From contig CM082583.2 in the NCBI GenBank assembly GCA_040954595.2, positions 10,677,656 to 10,741,655 on the forward strand: a stretch of 64,000 nucleotides of DNA, given 5' to 3'. Under the pieces are notes generated by a model that had not been told where the DNA came from, made no database searches, and worked only from the letters and a program-made list of their open reading frames with translations. The DNA comes from Balanoglossus misakiensis. Its lineage: Eukaryota; Animalia; Hemichordata. Below, piece after piece: positions 12,440 through 26,900 of the stretch (position 1 is the stretch's first letter; every line of letters begins with the position of its first letter). The translations under genes were made by a program, and so were the position numbers.

Positions 12440-15400
12440 TTATTAATTTTTTTAACGCATCATTGTAGCTGAGTTTTACTCATTTAGATCCTAATTTAGG
12501 AATATTCGAGAGATGTTGACGAGCAGTCTTTTTCTTTTGAGCCCAAGGACACGCAAATGGCAGGAAATGGCTCAGTGCTCTCTTTCTGCCCCTGAAAGAT
12601 GGCTTGCTGGGGTTAATACTCTGAAAGACGCATTTTATCTGGCATGGCATGACTAGCTGAGCCAGTGATGTTAGCTGGGATGGGGAAAGATGTTCACAGC
12701 TGGGTGACAGACAGGCAGACATCCATACAGATGATTACACATGGATCTGTAGTCATTTGGGAAGTTGTAAGATTGTCCCCAGGCTGTCAACTGACCTCGT
12801 ACAGACCTGTCTGTCTGGCGTATATTAAATAGTTGGAGTTATAAGATGTATCTACAGGGATGTTATTTCACTCAGCATTTTTGAAATTGATGACACCTTC
12901 TAATGTTGTATCAAATAAAGGTCAAATCAGTGTAATAACTCTGCTGTTGACATCTCCTAGACTTGATTCTTCAACACTGAAAATGTAAAGATGTATTTCC
13001 TTCCAAGCATCAAGACGTGCTATGTGAAATATTATGGTCGTTAAAATGGACATATTCACAAATATACGTAGACACGTACATACACTAAACTGCAGAGAGC
13101 ACACAATTAACTTATTTTTCAGATGGGCACTTACTTATCCAGATCAAGGTTTGCTAGACTGAATTTGGTCATGTGAGGGCTCTTCACAACATATTTCAGC
13201 AGGATGGCTACATTCATGCATTCAAGTGTAGTGATTACTGAACAGAGCTATACTTGCATACATTTGACTCCCTACATACGTAACACTGCTTACATGTATT
13301 CAGATGGAAACTGGAATGTTGCTATGTGTAGCCAGGGACAACAGCAGTACATCAGCTACTATGCAGTGACCAACACTAATTGTGTGTGAAACTAAAAAGC
13401 AGGAAACACTACAGATAGTCAAATTCAGATTGAATTTTTTTACCAACGATACAGAATTAGCAGTTACCACGTATTTGCGTATAGGGCTCACACACTCCTC
13501 TAAAATCGTGGAAAGTCTGAATTTGAATGAAAGCACCTATGGAAAGTTCTGAAAAAAAATTCTACCCCTAAATTCATTTTATAACAACATTATGTTATCA
13601 CAAATTGTCAATGATTGTGAAAATTCATTGACAAGATTACTGTTTGAACATAACATTGTTGGACTTAAATTATTATGTATGTGACAACTGCTGTATTGCA
13701 TAATGAAATTCATCAGCATGTAACAGGTCAGTTAATAATGCAGAATCTTAAAAACTCTCCTTGTTATGGTAGCCAATCATTATGTAATCACAGTATATTT
13801 TTAATCCTCGAAATTGTATATTAGACTTTCCTCATTGTGTTGTGAGGTGACCGCTAGGCTTGGTGCAAATGCTCTTGGTAGCGTACATTTGTTTAATGTA
13901 CAGATTTATATACTCTGATAAATACTTAAGATAGTTGAATACAAGGTAGTATCATTACACATGTGCAAGTGATCAAAAAGCGTACTTCAGTGGTAAACTT
14001 AAGAGAATCAATGTAAGCAAAAGGCAATCCTGTGCTTGTCTTTATGCTTGATATAATGAATTACACCATTAAGTATGTGTCTGCTTTCTCAGTGAGGCCT
14101 GTCAAATTTTAGGCTGGCCTTCCTCTTTCCTGCCAATGTGAATCATATCACTGCTTGTGTTCGTGACTTCTGTGTTCGTGTTAGTTTGTTTACAGGTGTA
14201 ATATCACTACCAGTAATTATTTATAATCCACCTGAGGGAAAAATAGGAAAAAACAAAGCAGAACAGAGTGAAAATAGAAAACTTTTCCTGTTTTGTAGTG
14301 CCACAAATGCCAAACATAGTATAATTTCCTGCCAAATACTTTGGTTTTACTATGTTCTTGTGCCACATGAAGCCGTACTTGCTATTTATGTTTGCTGAAA
14401 ATAGTCTCAGGAACCAGGGGCATTCATATTTGTAGAAACCAACATTGTGTGTGATTAAAAACACACACAGAAAAAATGATTTCCTGAAATCTACATCATC
14501 ACAGTCCAGCCTGAAGATATATACTAATGGCTATGGCAACCCAGTGCAAATTGTGGTTGGACCATGGCATGTAATCTCTAAGGATCATTCGGCCTAGCTG
14601 GGATCATTACCCAGAAAACATATCCCCTGCAAGTCAAAAGATCCAGGAGTGTTTACTTAGCACTAAGAGTGGTAATTATCTGGCCTATCTGTAATGATCA
14701 ACCTCTGGGAACATATAAACACCAAGTACAAGCTAATGACAAGTCTATAATAGTGGTTTAATGAGCTGTTATGTTTTCTTTGCCAGCCCAGTCTGTTGTT
14801 AATAAGGTATCCTGCATGGATCCACTTTCCCCCCACATAGTAGATCACTCACTTGTAACTGTTGCACTGAGTGTGAGGGAAAGTTGTTGTACGGTGGTGG
14901 TTGCCTGGTCAGACTCACCGGGGTAGCATGGGAAAATAGCCCTGTGTTGTGATAAAATTATAGCCGGGCTTGCAGGAAAGAATCAGATCATGTTGATGGG
15001 GGAAAGGACGAGCTCTTTCCTCTGAAAATGGAAATGGAATGTCCTTGTTGAAGTCAGCAGTGAGGCTTTGATACTAATAGGATGTGTATTTGTCTTGAAA
15101 TTAATTTTAGAAAAAAATGTCCATGCGATACGTCTGTTCGACTTCTACAGGCGATGATCGGACGACTGATTTTTAGCAACCTAACTTATTAGATTAAAAT
15201 TTCAGTTAAAAAACAGGACTGGGATCCAGGGATAAGTATTGTTACTGTTGCAGGGTGAATTGTGGGTGTTAAATGTGGAGGTTGATGTCCATATGTATTA
15301 TTGCTGGCTGTCTTACTGTGCACATGGTAGTGTAACTTTTACTGGTATCTTTGAACTTGGTGGGACAATGTCATTGTATTCTAAATACCATATACTCTGC

Positions 15401-15755
15401 AGCTCTCCTTTTTGTGGAGATGTTTTTGATGAATATCCTGAAAACTTTTGGAGGATAAAAAGACAGACTCAATGGGACTTTGTCATTGACAATGAGTTGT
15501 TTTGTTCAGACTGAATGTGATAGGACATGGAATCATGCTTGCTGTGTCAGTCTATTTTTGCTACCGGGTTACAATCATAAATTAACATATATCAACATAT
15601 ATTTTAGTATGATAGAAGATGAGTCCTCATTGGAAATTGAGCATGTGAACTTTCAACTTTGCATCCATGAAGATTCCAACAGTTATTGGACAAAAAAGTA
15701 ATATAATATTGTGTACTAGGGTCTCTTACCTTAATCTCATTTCCCATTCTTTCAG

Positions 15756-15834
15756 TCGTGGACTAGAAGATCTTCACTGAAGTGTACTGTTGTATCAAGA
15801 CGAGCAGGATCATCACTCCAATTACTAGACAGAG
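15756..15834 (+). other. Candidate non-coding 5' UTR exon of MEF2 (79 nt)
   Basis: Branch-like CTTAAT, long pyrimidine tract and acceptor tctcatttcccattctttcag, donor GAG|gtaatg, and no ATG inside. It lies upstream of the MEF2 start exon, which itself begins at a splice acceptor and therefore needs upstream exons. Confidence 0.5.
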
Positions 15835-16483
15835 GTAATGTGAGTTCTTCTCAATTCTATATACTTTTTGTTGATGGTTTGACATTACTTTAAAGAAATT
15901 ACTTTGTACTGTATTTACTTCTGGTACCAGTGCAGATATTGTTGAACCGTTTGCTCGAGTTAGGAATATTACCATACAGATATGAGTGGTTTGGAATAAT
16001 TTGAAAAGCTGAGAAAAGAATTTTACGATTGAACTTTTGGACTGCTGAAGATGATGTTTTTGTTGTGTTTTGAGAATCGAGAAATTCATTTGATGAAAGT
16101 TCATCTTATTATTAGTCCTGACTACTGTGTTAAGGTTTGACTGGCCCGAGGTCTGCTGGTGTATGATATGTGCATCGTAGGAAAACAATGGGAAGTCTGC
16201 ATGATACCAGTATCGTCTCTCCTCTTCCAATAACAGCTAGCACATTCTCCCAAGTGCAAGTTGGCCATATCAAAGACTGAGAAGTAAAATAGAAAGAATA
16301 TAACATCAGGGTGGCCAGTGTGTAGTACATTTCCTTTAGTGAATCATGTACGTGTAAGTCCTCTGAAACATACAATGCTAGTGAAGTCCTGCAGAACCCT
16401 ACTCCACTAGGCAGAAATATTTCTTACATTGCCTACCACATGCAGGATGTGTTGATTTGTAACTTGCTGCGAAGTTTACTTAT

Positions 16484-16689
16484 TTAACCCTTGATATGCC
16501 ATACTCAACGTCTCGTCAACTTTCAAAAAAATTATTCCTCATAACTTTTTCCCCAGTTTTTCTCAAAGTTTGATCATGACCTACAGATAATGGAAAATTA
16601 TGTCCACTTGATCTATGGGGAAACTTTGCGAAAATATTAAAATGTTGAACTGCATTTTGACAGAGAAAATGTAATGTTCAACGGGTAAA
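16484..16689. mobile_element. Degenerate TTAA/CCC-terminated MITE remnant
   Basis: Left end TTAACCCTTGA and right end TCAACGGGTAAA form an imperfect inverted repeat. Confidence 0.35.
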
Positions 16690-17266
16690 TAACTGCTTGC
16701 TCAGTCTGATGTATCCAAGCTTAATATTTTATTTCAAGCATTTGTCCAGTATTCAGCTGGCCTCACCTTTGAACTTCACACCATCATATCCAATGCCATT
16801 GCACACACACATAGTTCACTGTTTCATGTTCTATCCATGACATTGTATCTGGGTTAATATAAATTCCACTGAAAGTAATCCGTCGAACAGAAGAGAACTT
16901 TTCTATGCCATAATGAAAATGGCATATTTTCCCTTCTCACAGTGTTTCAGTTGTCAATATTTTATTGCCAATGTCATGTATTGCAATGTTCAAACTTGTA
17001 TATATGTTATGCTAGATACAAAGTTCAAACAATAACGGTGAAATGAAATTGTAAAGAAGTAAAGTAACTTTTTCTGATAGAAGTCTCTGCTTATTCATAT
17101 TTTTAACCAACAAACTTTCATTACATACATGTACATGCACACGTGCACACACATACACACGTTTTAAGTTGTCTTTCCGTAAAAATGGGATCTAACTAAT
17201 CAAAACTTGTGTGTGATACGATGCTCGAGGTGAAGTAGAAGACAAAGGAAAGGAGAAGAGGTTGAC

Positions 17267-17284
17267 AGAGAGAGAGAGAGAGAG
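17267..17284 (+). repeat. (AG)n microsatellite
   Basis: agagagagagagagagag. Confidence 0.85.
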
Positions 17285-20200
17285 GGTGTCGTATGATTTA
17301 CAGTGGGAGGAGTCTGTCACAGTCTGTACATGTATCCTCATGATAAGGACAGTCTAATTACTTTTTATTCTGGGTGATTAGCAGATCACTTTCATCACAG
17401 AGAAGCCGTAATGTTTACTTTTCAGCAAGTGGTCTGTGTGAAGAGTTGAGAGAGAGAATCATCAGAGTATTTTTGATCTCTCATGTAGTCCTCTAATTTG
17501 TCTGGACAACACTCAGAAGACGAACTAATTGGCATCTCACTTTCACCCAGTCTCTTCCACGCTCCAGGTGATCATAACCCGCTGGTCTTAGCCTGTTCCA
17601 GAGTCAACAACTCTGTGTTCACAGGGTAAACCCCTAGAGCTACTCCACACTACGCTGTTGTTGTTTTTCCGTTGGAGAGAAAGATTTAACAGTAACAATG
17701 CTGGCTTTTGATTCGTGTATGATGTTGAGCTAATCGACGTCTTGAATTTTCTCCCCAAATGGATGTTTTCAATTTTAATAGTTATAATTGTTCCAAAATG
17801 TATGACAGATATTTCAAATTTCTGAGGATACGTTAGATAAATTGATATGGCCAATCTTTAGACGGCGGAGGAAATGTTTGTGTGCATGACACCAAACTGA
17901 CTCCATTTTTAGGGAGCAGATGCAGGCAGAATTAGCAAATAAAACTGTGAACAGTTCATCTTGTTAAGTTTTTATTGTGTAAGTCTGTGTTTCCAAATTG
18001 TCTTCAGGCCTAAAGGTGAGAGAAGTGTTCGTTTAACCTTCTAACGGGAAGGTGGAAAACGACTTTCTGGCTGTGAGATCAAAGTGGTGCTAATTGGTGC
18101 GCTGTGTGTTGAGTTTACACCATGTCTTGCAGGAATATGCCCAGCCCAATTAATATGTAATATGATGTTGTGGGCTTGGTGCTTCTGGTATGTGTGAAAA
18201 TGGGCATGTCTTTGCTTTGACAAGATGATGGCGCCAAATTAACACATGGATTAGTAATGAGATACTAATGAGATTGTAGGTTTAAGTTAGGGAGAGCCCA
18301 GTCTAGCTTCAATACTTCAACGGTGTCAGAGCTACAGGTAAGGGACACGTTTCTCTGCTGTACATAAAGATTTGTGCGTAACTCCTGTGTATACATGTAG
18401 TCTTCAGTTATATATTTGCATTGAGTGTTCTAAATATGTGACTTGTGTTGGCTATTAATATTTTGTCAGTAGCCACGTTGGTATATAGGAAATGGGAAAT
18501 TATATCCAAAATAGCCTCTTTCAGGTTATTTTTTGACTGTCCTTTTTAAAGTCATGTTCACATTGGCTATTTATTAATAATGGTCTATGGCGCTTGTGCA
18601 AGCAGACAGTTTTAGTCTTCCTCCTACCTCCATGCCAGCAAATATTGATTGCTATTTAGCAGAATCTATATTTTACACTCCAGGCAGTATGCTGTGTGCT
18701 GCCTGCCTCTGCCTGTTGTTTGGTTCAAATATCAACCAAAAAAGCACTTTCTGAAAATAGGTCTGACTGCTGCGTGGGGATTACAAAGCAGTTTTTAGAC
18801 AGTTGACCAGCACCAGTGGAACAGACACATAATTTCTCTGCTGATGTGGGTACGGCTAGATCATACTCTGCAGGATTACGAATACTGTGTGCGTCAGAAT
18901 TTCATTCATGGCAAGTCGTCCGCAGGAAAAACTGGGTATCTATCTGTGCCAATATGTGTGCTTGGCATTTGGTTTTTGGGTGCTGCACAGCAAATGTGAT
19001 GCCAGGTGACAGTGTGTATTCCTATGCAAAACAGTCCCTCGAAAGAGTTTTCTCAAGAAACTTCCCAGGTGTATCTGACCAAACTCATGGATTGGGATTT
19101 GACGTAGATACTTTACCAGGTAGGAGAGAAAACTGATTTCACCCTTTTTTATGCAGTTTCATTGTCAGAAACAGAGATTTGTAATTGAGTCTCAAGGGTG
19201 TGTGTATGTTAAACTGGTGCTGGTTGGTTAAATGTCTGTAAAGTCCGTAATGTACACCTTTTGTTAAAGAGGTTTCAGGGATAAAAATGGAAACGGCTGG
19301 AAAAAAAAAATGGACTTGCTTTAGCAGTCATATGTTCATATGTAAATGAATGAATATATTATAAGTGATAACTCGAAGAACTGGATTAGGAAACATCTGG
19401 ATAGTGGAGTTTAAAAAAAGTCATGCAGTTTTAATGTGCAGGTTTGAAGCGATTGCCGCACTGTTTTGTACGCAGGTACTTGTTTTCATTTGGAAGGGTT
19501 GAGTTCAACAAAATACCATTTTGATGCAGAGATACTTAGAAATGTTGCCATAGCAGAGCAGTAGGGGAAAAAATCCAGCATATTTCCTTTTTCTGCAGCA
19601 GATTTATTTTGTCCACATTCCTTTTATATGGTGGCATTTCTTTGAGGAAGTCAGGATCATTAATTTGAGTGCTGGTAAATTTCAAAGGACTAGTGTACCT
19701 GCGTTACGTGGAAACTTATAGACTACTGGAAATGAACTTAGTGCCAGATATTTGCTTAGAAATTTATTTGATCAATAGATGCATTGTTGGATAATTTCTC
19801 CCGTTGACTGTGCCACTGTAAAGATTACTGTACTGTACTCAGAAGTGACTATGCATATAGTGTATAAGTAATTTTTTGAAAAAAAAAATGAATTTGTTAA
19901 CGGTAATGTTTAGCTATTTTTATCATAAACTAATTGAGGAAAATACTAACATCACCACACAAAAAGGTCACAGGAACATAATAGATTAGTTTGGCATATC
20001 TTTCAAATGAGTTAGACTCACAGTTGGAGTGGACTAAAATGTGAAGTAATGATTATACAGTCATTTGGGACGGCCGTTTGGCTCACAAGACGTTCAATAC
20101 GAGAAGCTGAACATAAAGAATTGGCGGAAGAGTTTAACGCTCCTCAAAACTCGAACGAGAAATGGTCTATACTCTGTTGAGTGAGTTGCATCCACTAGAG

Positions 20201-23200
20201 TAAAACTAAAATTACCAAAAGCTATCCATAACAAAAGTGTGAAACGCGCAAAAGTTATATCTGGGGTCCATATACTGATAACAACTTTGCCTCTCTCACA
20301 CCGGAAATTAACCTTCACATCTCAATGTTTAGCATGATTGGATTTGCTTTTATTGAAAGGTGCTTTAGTCCAAAATAATTGAAGTTTTATTGATTGTGTG
20401 TGTGTCTGTCCTGCTTTAAGGTTTCCCTCTCTCATACATTTATCTCTGCTATTGTCTTCACATTCAAAAAACTAAATGAAAACATCTTTGTTATTTATGT
20501 CAGCGGTGACCTGACTGGTCTCTTCAGTTATATGTTTTTCTTGTCTGGGCATGCACTCTTTCCATCCAGTCCATTAAATGATAGAACAAAATGTTCATTT
20601 TAGAAATTAAAAAACGTGGTGCCACAGACAATATTCTTTGTGTGAAACTGAAAGCCCAATGGACATGAAACTCGTGTTCGAACAAGTTTGTGTTGGTGGA
20701 TGATATTTTGCAATGGCATCCTGTGTACCGCGAAAAACCTGTTGTTCCTTTTCAATATTGTCTCTTGCATCTTTTTGTGGAGATCTTTGTTTATTATTTT
20801 GCTTGATGTGTAGTTTATATGAATGGATGGCTGGCTGTTGTGAACATCTTCCTATATTGAAACAGGGCTCAGTTTATTATGGTAAAAGTTTCTTGTGACT
20901 TTTATCCGTCACAAAACTTTCTGGTTGACTTTTCTTGCACTGTTATGATATAAGTAACTGAGTTTTCAGGATTTTGAAATATAGATGAGTTTTTAACAGT
21001 ATATGGCCATTTCTATTCTGTGTCAAAATTACTCTGGAAACATCCATGTGAAGTTTTCAAAAGGATATAAAATAGGAAGGAACATGTTTGGCTTGAACTG
21101 GATCTGGCAGAGCTGACTTTCGATGTAGAATCCTACTCTTACACATTTACATGTACTACACGTGTACTAGTACATCTGAATTGATGAGAAGGTGGTTGCT
21201 GGTCTTTTATCTCCATATCTCAGTACGCATTGAAATCCCAAACAGCCCTTCGCTACGACCTTTTAACAGTTATTATGATGTTACCCAGACTCTTTACAAG
21301 CAATTTAATATGCTTGTGTACAGAGTTTGATGATTCCGTAGTATGTAAGCAACACTCCGTATGAGAGCCAAGTAGTGGAGAAATTGCGGAAAATTTTCAT
21401 GTTCCCTCTTAAAATCTTGGAGTTGAGTTGCATCAGATTTCAAGTTTGGCAATGAGAAGTCAGTCGATTCGGACAAGTTCTCTGACATTTCTGACAAATC
21501 TCGTAAAAAATTTGTATGATAATTCTGAACAGCAGGGACTGTGGTAGAGGACGCATGTATTGTTTCTCGACCGTTCTCTCTTGTCCACGGCACTCCGATG
21601 AAGGACATCACGAATCATTTGACGTGATGACACATGTTGGCAATTTATAATCAGGGTCACCCCTCACAAAGATGACAGTTATTGCGTTCTCGGGCAAGCA
21701 TTATTAAAAAAATGAAGCAGGACATGTCCAAACGGATTTTGAGATTATCAAGAAAGAGCAAACTTAACAACAAATTGTTGGTCAGGGTTAGCTTTGGGTG
21801 GTATTACCCGTACAAAGGACTGCAATTTTTCAATTTTGCATCTGGAGGCTGTAGTGTTATCTTCACAATGTGTGACTGGCTCTGGTGTTAAATGTCAAAC
21901 TTGATGATCCTTACTTTAGATGGGAAATCACTCTTTGACAGTTCGTGAAGAAAGACAACTTGTGCCATGCGCTTCGTTTGATTAAAGCTACACTATCCCA
22001 TGTGATGCACACGTCAGTGACAATGGCAGACTTCAATGCATACATGTACTGCTCACTTTAGTCGTCCAAAACTTGTGAACCAAGTTTAAACTTTATTAAA
22101 ACCCATGGGAAATTAACATAGTCCTGGAAAACTTGTTTGTCGCAAAAAAATTACCAAGAAGAGAGAAATTGACATTGTTAAAGCAACCAATTATGGCAGT
22201 CCAGTGTTACAAACCAACAACATCCCAAATCCCCCAAGTCAGCTCGCTGGCATTTACGCACCCATTCCCCATTCGCTTCAGTTGACCACATTCTGTGCAT
22301 TGGTCATCACCAGTCGTTTTGCCATGGCAACATGGGATGTTGTGTGACCAGCCCTCATTAAAAAACAGAATGAACTCGCCTCCGAACCATTGGATGTAGC
22401 CTGCAGCATGCACATGCGAAACTGCTGGTCCACCTCATGTTTATTCACAACTGGCTTTAGCTTCATTAGCCATCTTGTCTGGACGCAAATCATCCTCACT
22501 TATTCGCAGAGTACGTTTCAGTCTAGCAAGATCTGCATCCAACTTTGTCTCCCTGATCTTATTTTGGTCCAACCTCTTTGTCAAGTTGAACACAGTTTAG
22601 AAGCTGCACCAAAGGTAAACTTAACAAAAACATTTTTTTTTGCAGTGTATGGTATAATGTTGATGTAGAAATCATACTATGTTTGGTAAAGAATGACATT
22701 TGTTCTAATCTGTTAATATATATCATTCGATTTTGAAACCCATGTGTATGTAATGTCCACTCTTCTGTGTCATTGACTCTGTTCTCTGTGTTTTGCCAAC
22801 TGCAAATTACGGCTATCATCTTTTCCGGTCTTTCGGACCATCAAGCTGAAAGATGACGCTTTTTTATTGTCTACTAAATGTGCAATAGGTTGGCCGCCAA
22901 ATTTTATTTTCTATTTTACACTGTTCATATTTTTACATCCTTTATTGCTCTGTCAGTTGGGAGTTCTTCATCTCGAAATAGTAGTAGCTATCTACATCTG
23001 TCTAGATTGTATCTACTTCTGTCTTGCCAGTGTAACTTCCCTATATAGTATGGGGGTAGATGAACACCGACTAACATCATGTACTAAAGGTTGATAGGAT
23101 ATAGCCATAGGTTTCAAGGGGAAAGGGAAAAGTGCATGAGATGTATAGAGGCCTAATTATTATTAATTATGGTCCCATTGATAGGCTTCATCCACAGCTG

Positions 23201-23934
23201 TATGGCATGGACTAGCTGTTTAGTTAATCAAGCTGCAATAGAAGTCACAAAGTGGGGGCATTACTTTTGTCAAGCCGCCAATTTGTGCCATAAGCCACCA
23301 TTTAGATGATATTAAAGTGCTGTAAGCATCGAATGGTGGATGACACCCCAATGCATTGTCTCTGTAACACATTTTCAAAGATTTAAATCCTCTTAGCGGA
23401 TTTACTCTGTTGTTGTCATTTGCAGAAGTTGCCAAACGTTCATGTGAATAAAATAAAACATCTGATGCCAGTGACCTCTGCCATAAAGACTGACAGCAGT
23501 TCGACTGAACTTAACAGCACCACAGCATAGTCAGTGTCATCAATATAGCTGCCAACTGATACATATTGTATTTGACTTCCACCAAGAGTTCCATATCTTT
23601 CGTAATACAGACATGTAACAGATAGCTATGATTTCAATTGATTGGTGTGTATATTTTCAATGCTTGATTGAACTCACAAACATGATTGATCAATCTTATA
23701 TTACATTGTCAGAGTTTTACATCCCATGTCATGTACATGTGTATTCCAACCCTAAAGGCATACATGTACAATTCTATGCAACTGACAGACACAGCTTGGC
23801 AGTGTTTGTTTGTCGGTTTAATTAGCTGTACTAATTCAGTTCATAATATACGCAAATAACACTAATTGTGCCCTGGAAACATGTTAACCCTATACTGAGT
23901 ACCATTGCAGGGCTGGTCATGAAGTGGTACTGAT

Positions 23935-23985
23935 GTTATTATTATTATCATTAGTTGTTATTGTTGTTGTTGTTGTTGTCATTAT
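23935..23985 (+). repeat. (TTA/TTG)n low-complexity trinucleotide tract
   Basis: gttattattattatcattagttgttattgttgttgttgttgttgtcattatt. Confidence 0.75.
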
Positions 23986-26900
23986 TTTAAATACAAAACA
24001 AGAACAGTGTTGTCTTTGATTGATGAGTGCTGTTGATATTAAAGCTAGGAATTGGACAGTGCACTGTACAGCATTCTCGACGGACTGGGTCTCATGACGA
24101 CTGGTGTTCAGAGATGAATTGACATCAGCCAAAACTTGGGTGATTTATTCTTCAGCTGCCATTCGGACTTTCATAAAGTCAACACACATGTTGAATATTT
24201 GAGATTAAACTTCACATGATGACTCTAGTGTCAATATTCTTTGTGAAATGTTTGTACATGTGATCACTCCAATAAATCCAATGAACTCCAAATTGACACC
24301 AATGAACTTTATTGTGTGTCACATTCTGCTGATATTTTCCCTGTTAGCAAACGTTGGATAATTTTTCCTTGCTAAAAAAGTGAAAACACTTTTGGGGAGG
24401 GGGTTGGTGAGTTTCTTATTTGCAGAATTCAAAAAATATAAAACCTAGCTAAGTTTCATCTTCTAAACTTTTGCAGTTGCACAGTTGTGTAAAATAAACA
24501 AGTTAAGGAGGCTTCTATCCGATGGTGCCTTGTAGGACAAAGACAATTTTCATGCTTTCGCCAATTGTTGCCTTCACAATTTTCTTAGTTCCAAAATTAG
24601 ATATACCCCTTTTTTGTATTGAGTTCTATATTTAAATATGCATAGAGTACCAGTATTGGTGAGAGAGAGAGTTCTCTATTCTGCTTTTTTCTGCTGTTTT
24701 ATGTTGAAGAAACCAGAATTATTATTATATTGTGAACACTGGGTTAAATTTTGTCATAAAAAATGGCAAATGCTTTTGATAGCAGCAGTTGAAGAGCGGT
24801 ACCGTGTTATCATATTTGACATGTTGCAACAACCTTTATTATTCTGCTGGTATGTGATAGGATAATTTGAGAGACAAAATTTTGGCTGTCAAATGAAAAG
24901 AAATTGGCTATTAATTTTGTTTTGTACTAAAAGATAATATGACCCAGACATTGTCCTCTGCCTACCAAGGTTACTGTGACATCGACACCACACTGACTTT
25001 TCCCTTCCTCTTCTCACTTCTGAACTCTAATCCCAATGTCACCATCTTTTTCCAAACTTGAACATGAATTTTTATGAAAGACTTGTGAACAAGCATGCCT
25101 TTCACAAAGATACATTAGAGAAAGTTTTCTGAAGAAAAACCTGTTAACATGTCCTGCTGGTTACATAAATGTGCAAACACCTTTCTCTTAAAAACACCAT
25201 ACTGCAAAGCATTCAATTCTTCTGTACATCTTGACGCTGTAATGAATTTGTAGGTGTAAAACTGTAATGTATTTATGCCTGTTCGCGGCAGAGCTGTGTA
25301 ACTGTTCAAGGACATAAAACTTCACGGCCCTCACTTTGATACATTGTTATTTGATTTGTTCATGGCCGCTTGCAAAAAGAAGAAAATTTGAACAGTTGGG
25401 TAATTACTGTGAATGGACTGGTGGTAACAATGGAATGACAGACTGGGATGGGAGGTCTTGTTGAACGTCATGTTCATTAAAATGCGATCTTCCCTCTCTC
25501 CATAATGCCAGCTGCTTCACACCTCAAAATTGTACCTTATGGTCAGTTCAATGTCTGAAAGAAACGAGGTTATATGAAATAAACATGACAGAGTTTAGTC
25601 AGATAACTATGGCAACTTTACTTGATACACTTCTTTGCTCGACTGCTTGCGGGTTCAGCTAAAACTGAGGGAAAACACTGAATATTATAAGTGTACCTAC
25701 TGGTATACTTGTAAGAACTTTAATCTTTAATGGACGTAAACCAAAGGTGTTCAGACATTTTGTTCTCAGAAATCATTATGGTTTCTATGTATAATTCCAT
25801 TTTCTGTTATTGGTTTTAAAATCTCACCGGGGAAACAAGGTTTGAAAGACAGTTTTGTGGGTGGTGATTTTTGAGATCATGACTGCATTTTACAATGTTT
25901 TTAAAAGAAGATTTGGATGTCTATGGGACAATTTTTTGTTATCTTGTACAAGATACCCTGATGATAAATATACTGTCGGATGCTACCAAAGAACATCGCC
26001 TGTGGCTACATCTGATCCAGCAAAAAGCATACATCACCAAACTACCTCAAATGATGTATTGTCTGTCAGTGTACAACAGATTGGACCATCCAGATTTTAT
26101 CAATTTTGATCTTTTGACTTCACAATGCAACTTGTTGCATATACTGTATCATCAGGTTCAAAATATTGAGGCCCAACCTTGCATCTCCTTGCACAGATTA
26201 TAAGCTTATAAAACTAGGATACACATGTCCTGCCCTATCCTTTTGTTATACTAGGTGCATCATTACCAGAAAATCACTATGTTTCTATGAATATATCCCA
26301 TTTTCCTTTTGTTCTTTTATTAGTTTGAAAGATGGCACATGTGCAGATGCTGATCTCTTTCTAATATATTGTGTGCTTCGTAACACATCTGTGATGGGCG
26401 CATCTGAAACAGGCTGTGTCTGTTGTAATCACACCCCTAGATTTTCTCTCACCTTTGCTTGACCGCATCCTGACATCCAGTATTAACCCAGCCCCAGACT
26501 GTTCCCGTTCATTCCTGTATTTCTGCTGATAGCGTGACAGACCAAGCTCTATGGTCACTAATTTCTTGCAGTGTCACACACACCCCTACATATAGAAACT
26601 ACAAGTGGCTTTAATTGATAGGGAATTCTCACCCAACAATACCATCACACATACAGTATCCTCTAATAACCATTAGTAAACCTTGACAATGTACAACATT
26701 TAATCTTCCATCATGCACAACTGAAACAATACACCCATTGCGAATCTCTGTATACCAGAAGTGCGGTATTCGAAAATGTCACTTCCCGAAATACCACTCT
26801 CTGTTTAATTTTTCGACAGATGCATATAAAAGACATTGGAGTGGACATCCAAGAAAAACTCTTTTTATAAATCACTGTCTACGGGTTGCATATACATGAC

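Noticed and set aside
22816-22856. Hairpin whose minus strand reads CTTGATGGTCCGAAAGACCGGAAA, resembling a hammerhead ribozyme core
   Set aside because: It lacks the invariant CUGANGA and has no matching stem III cleavage triplet. More likely a hairpin within a repeat remnant.
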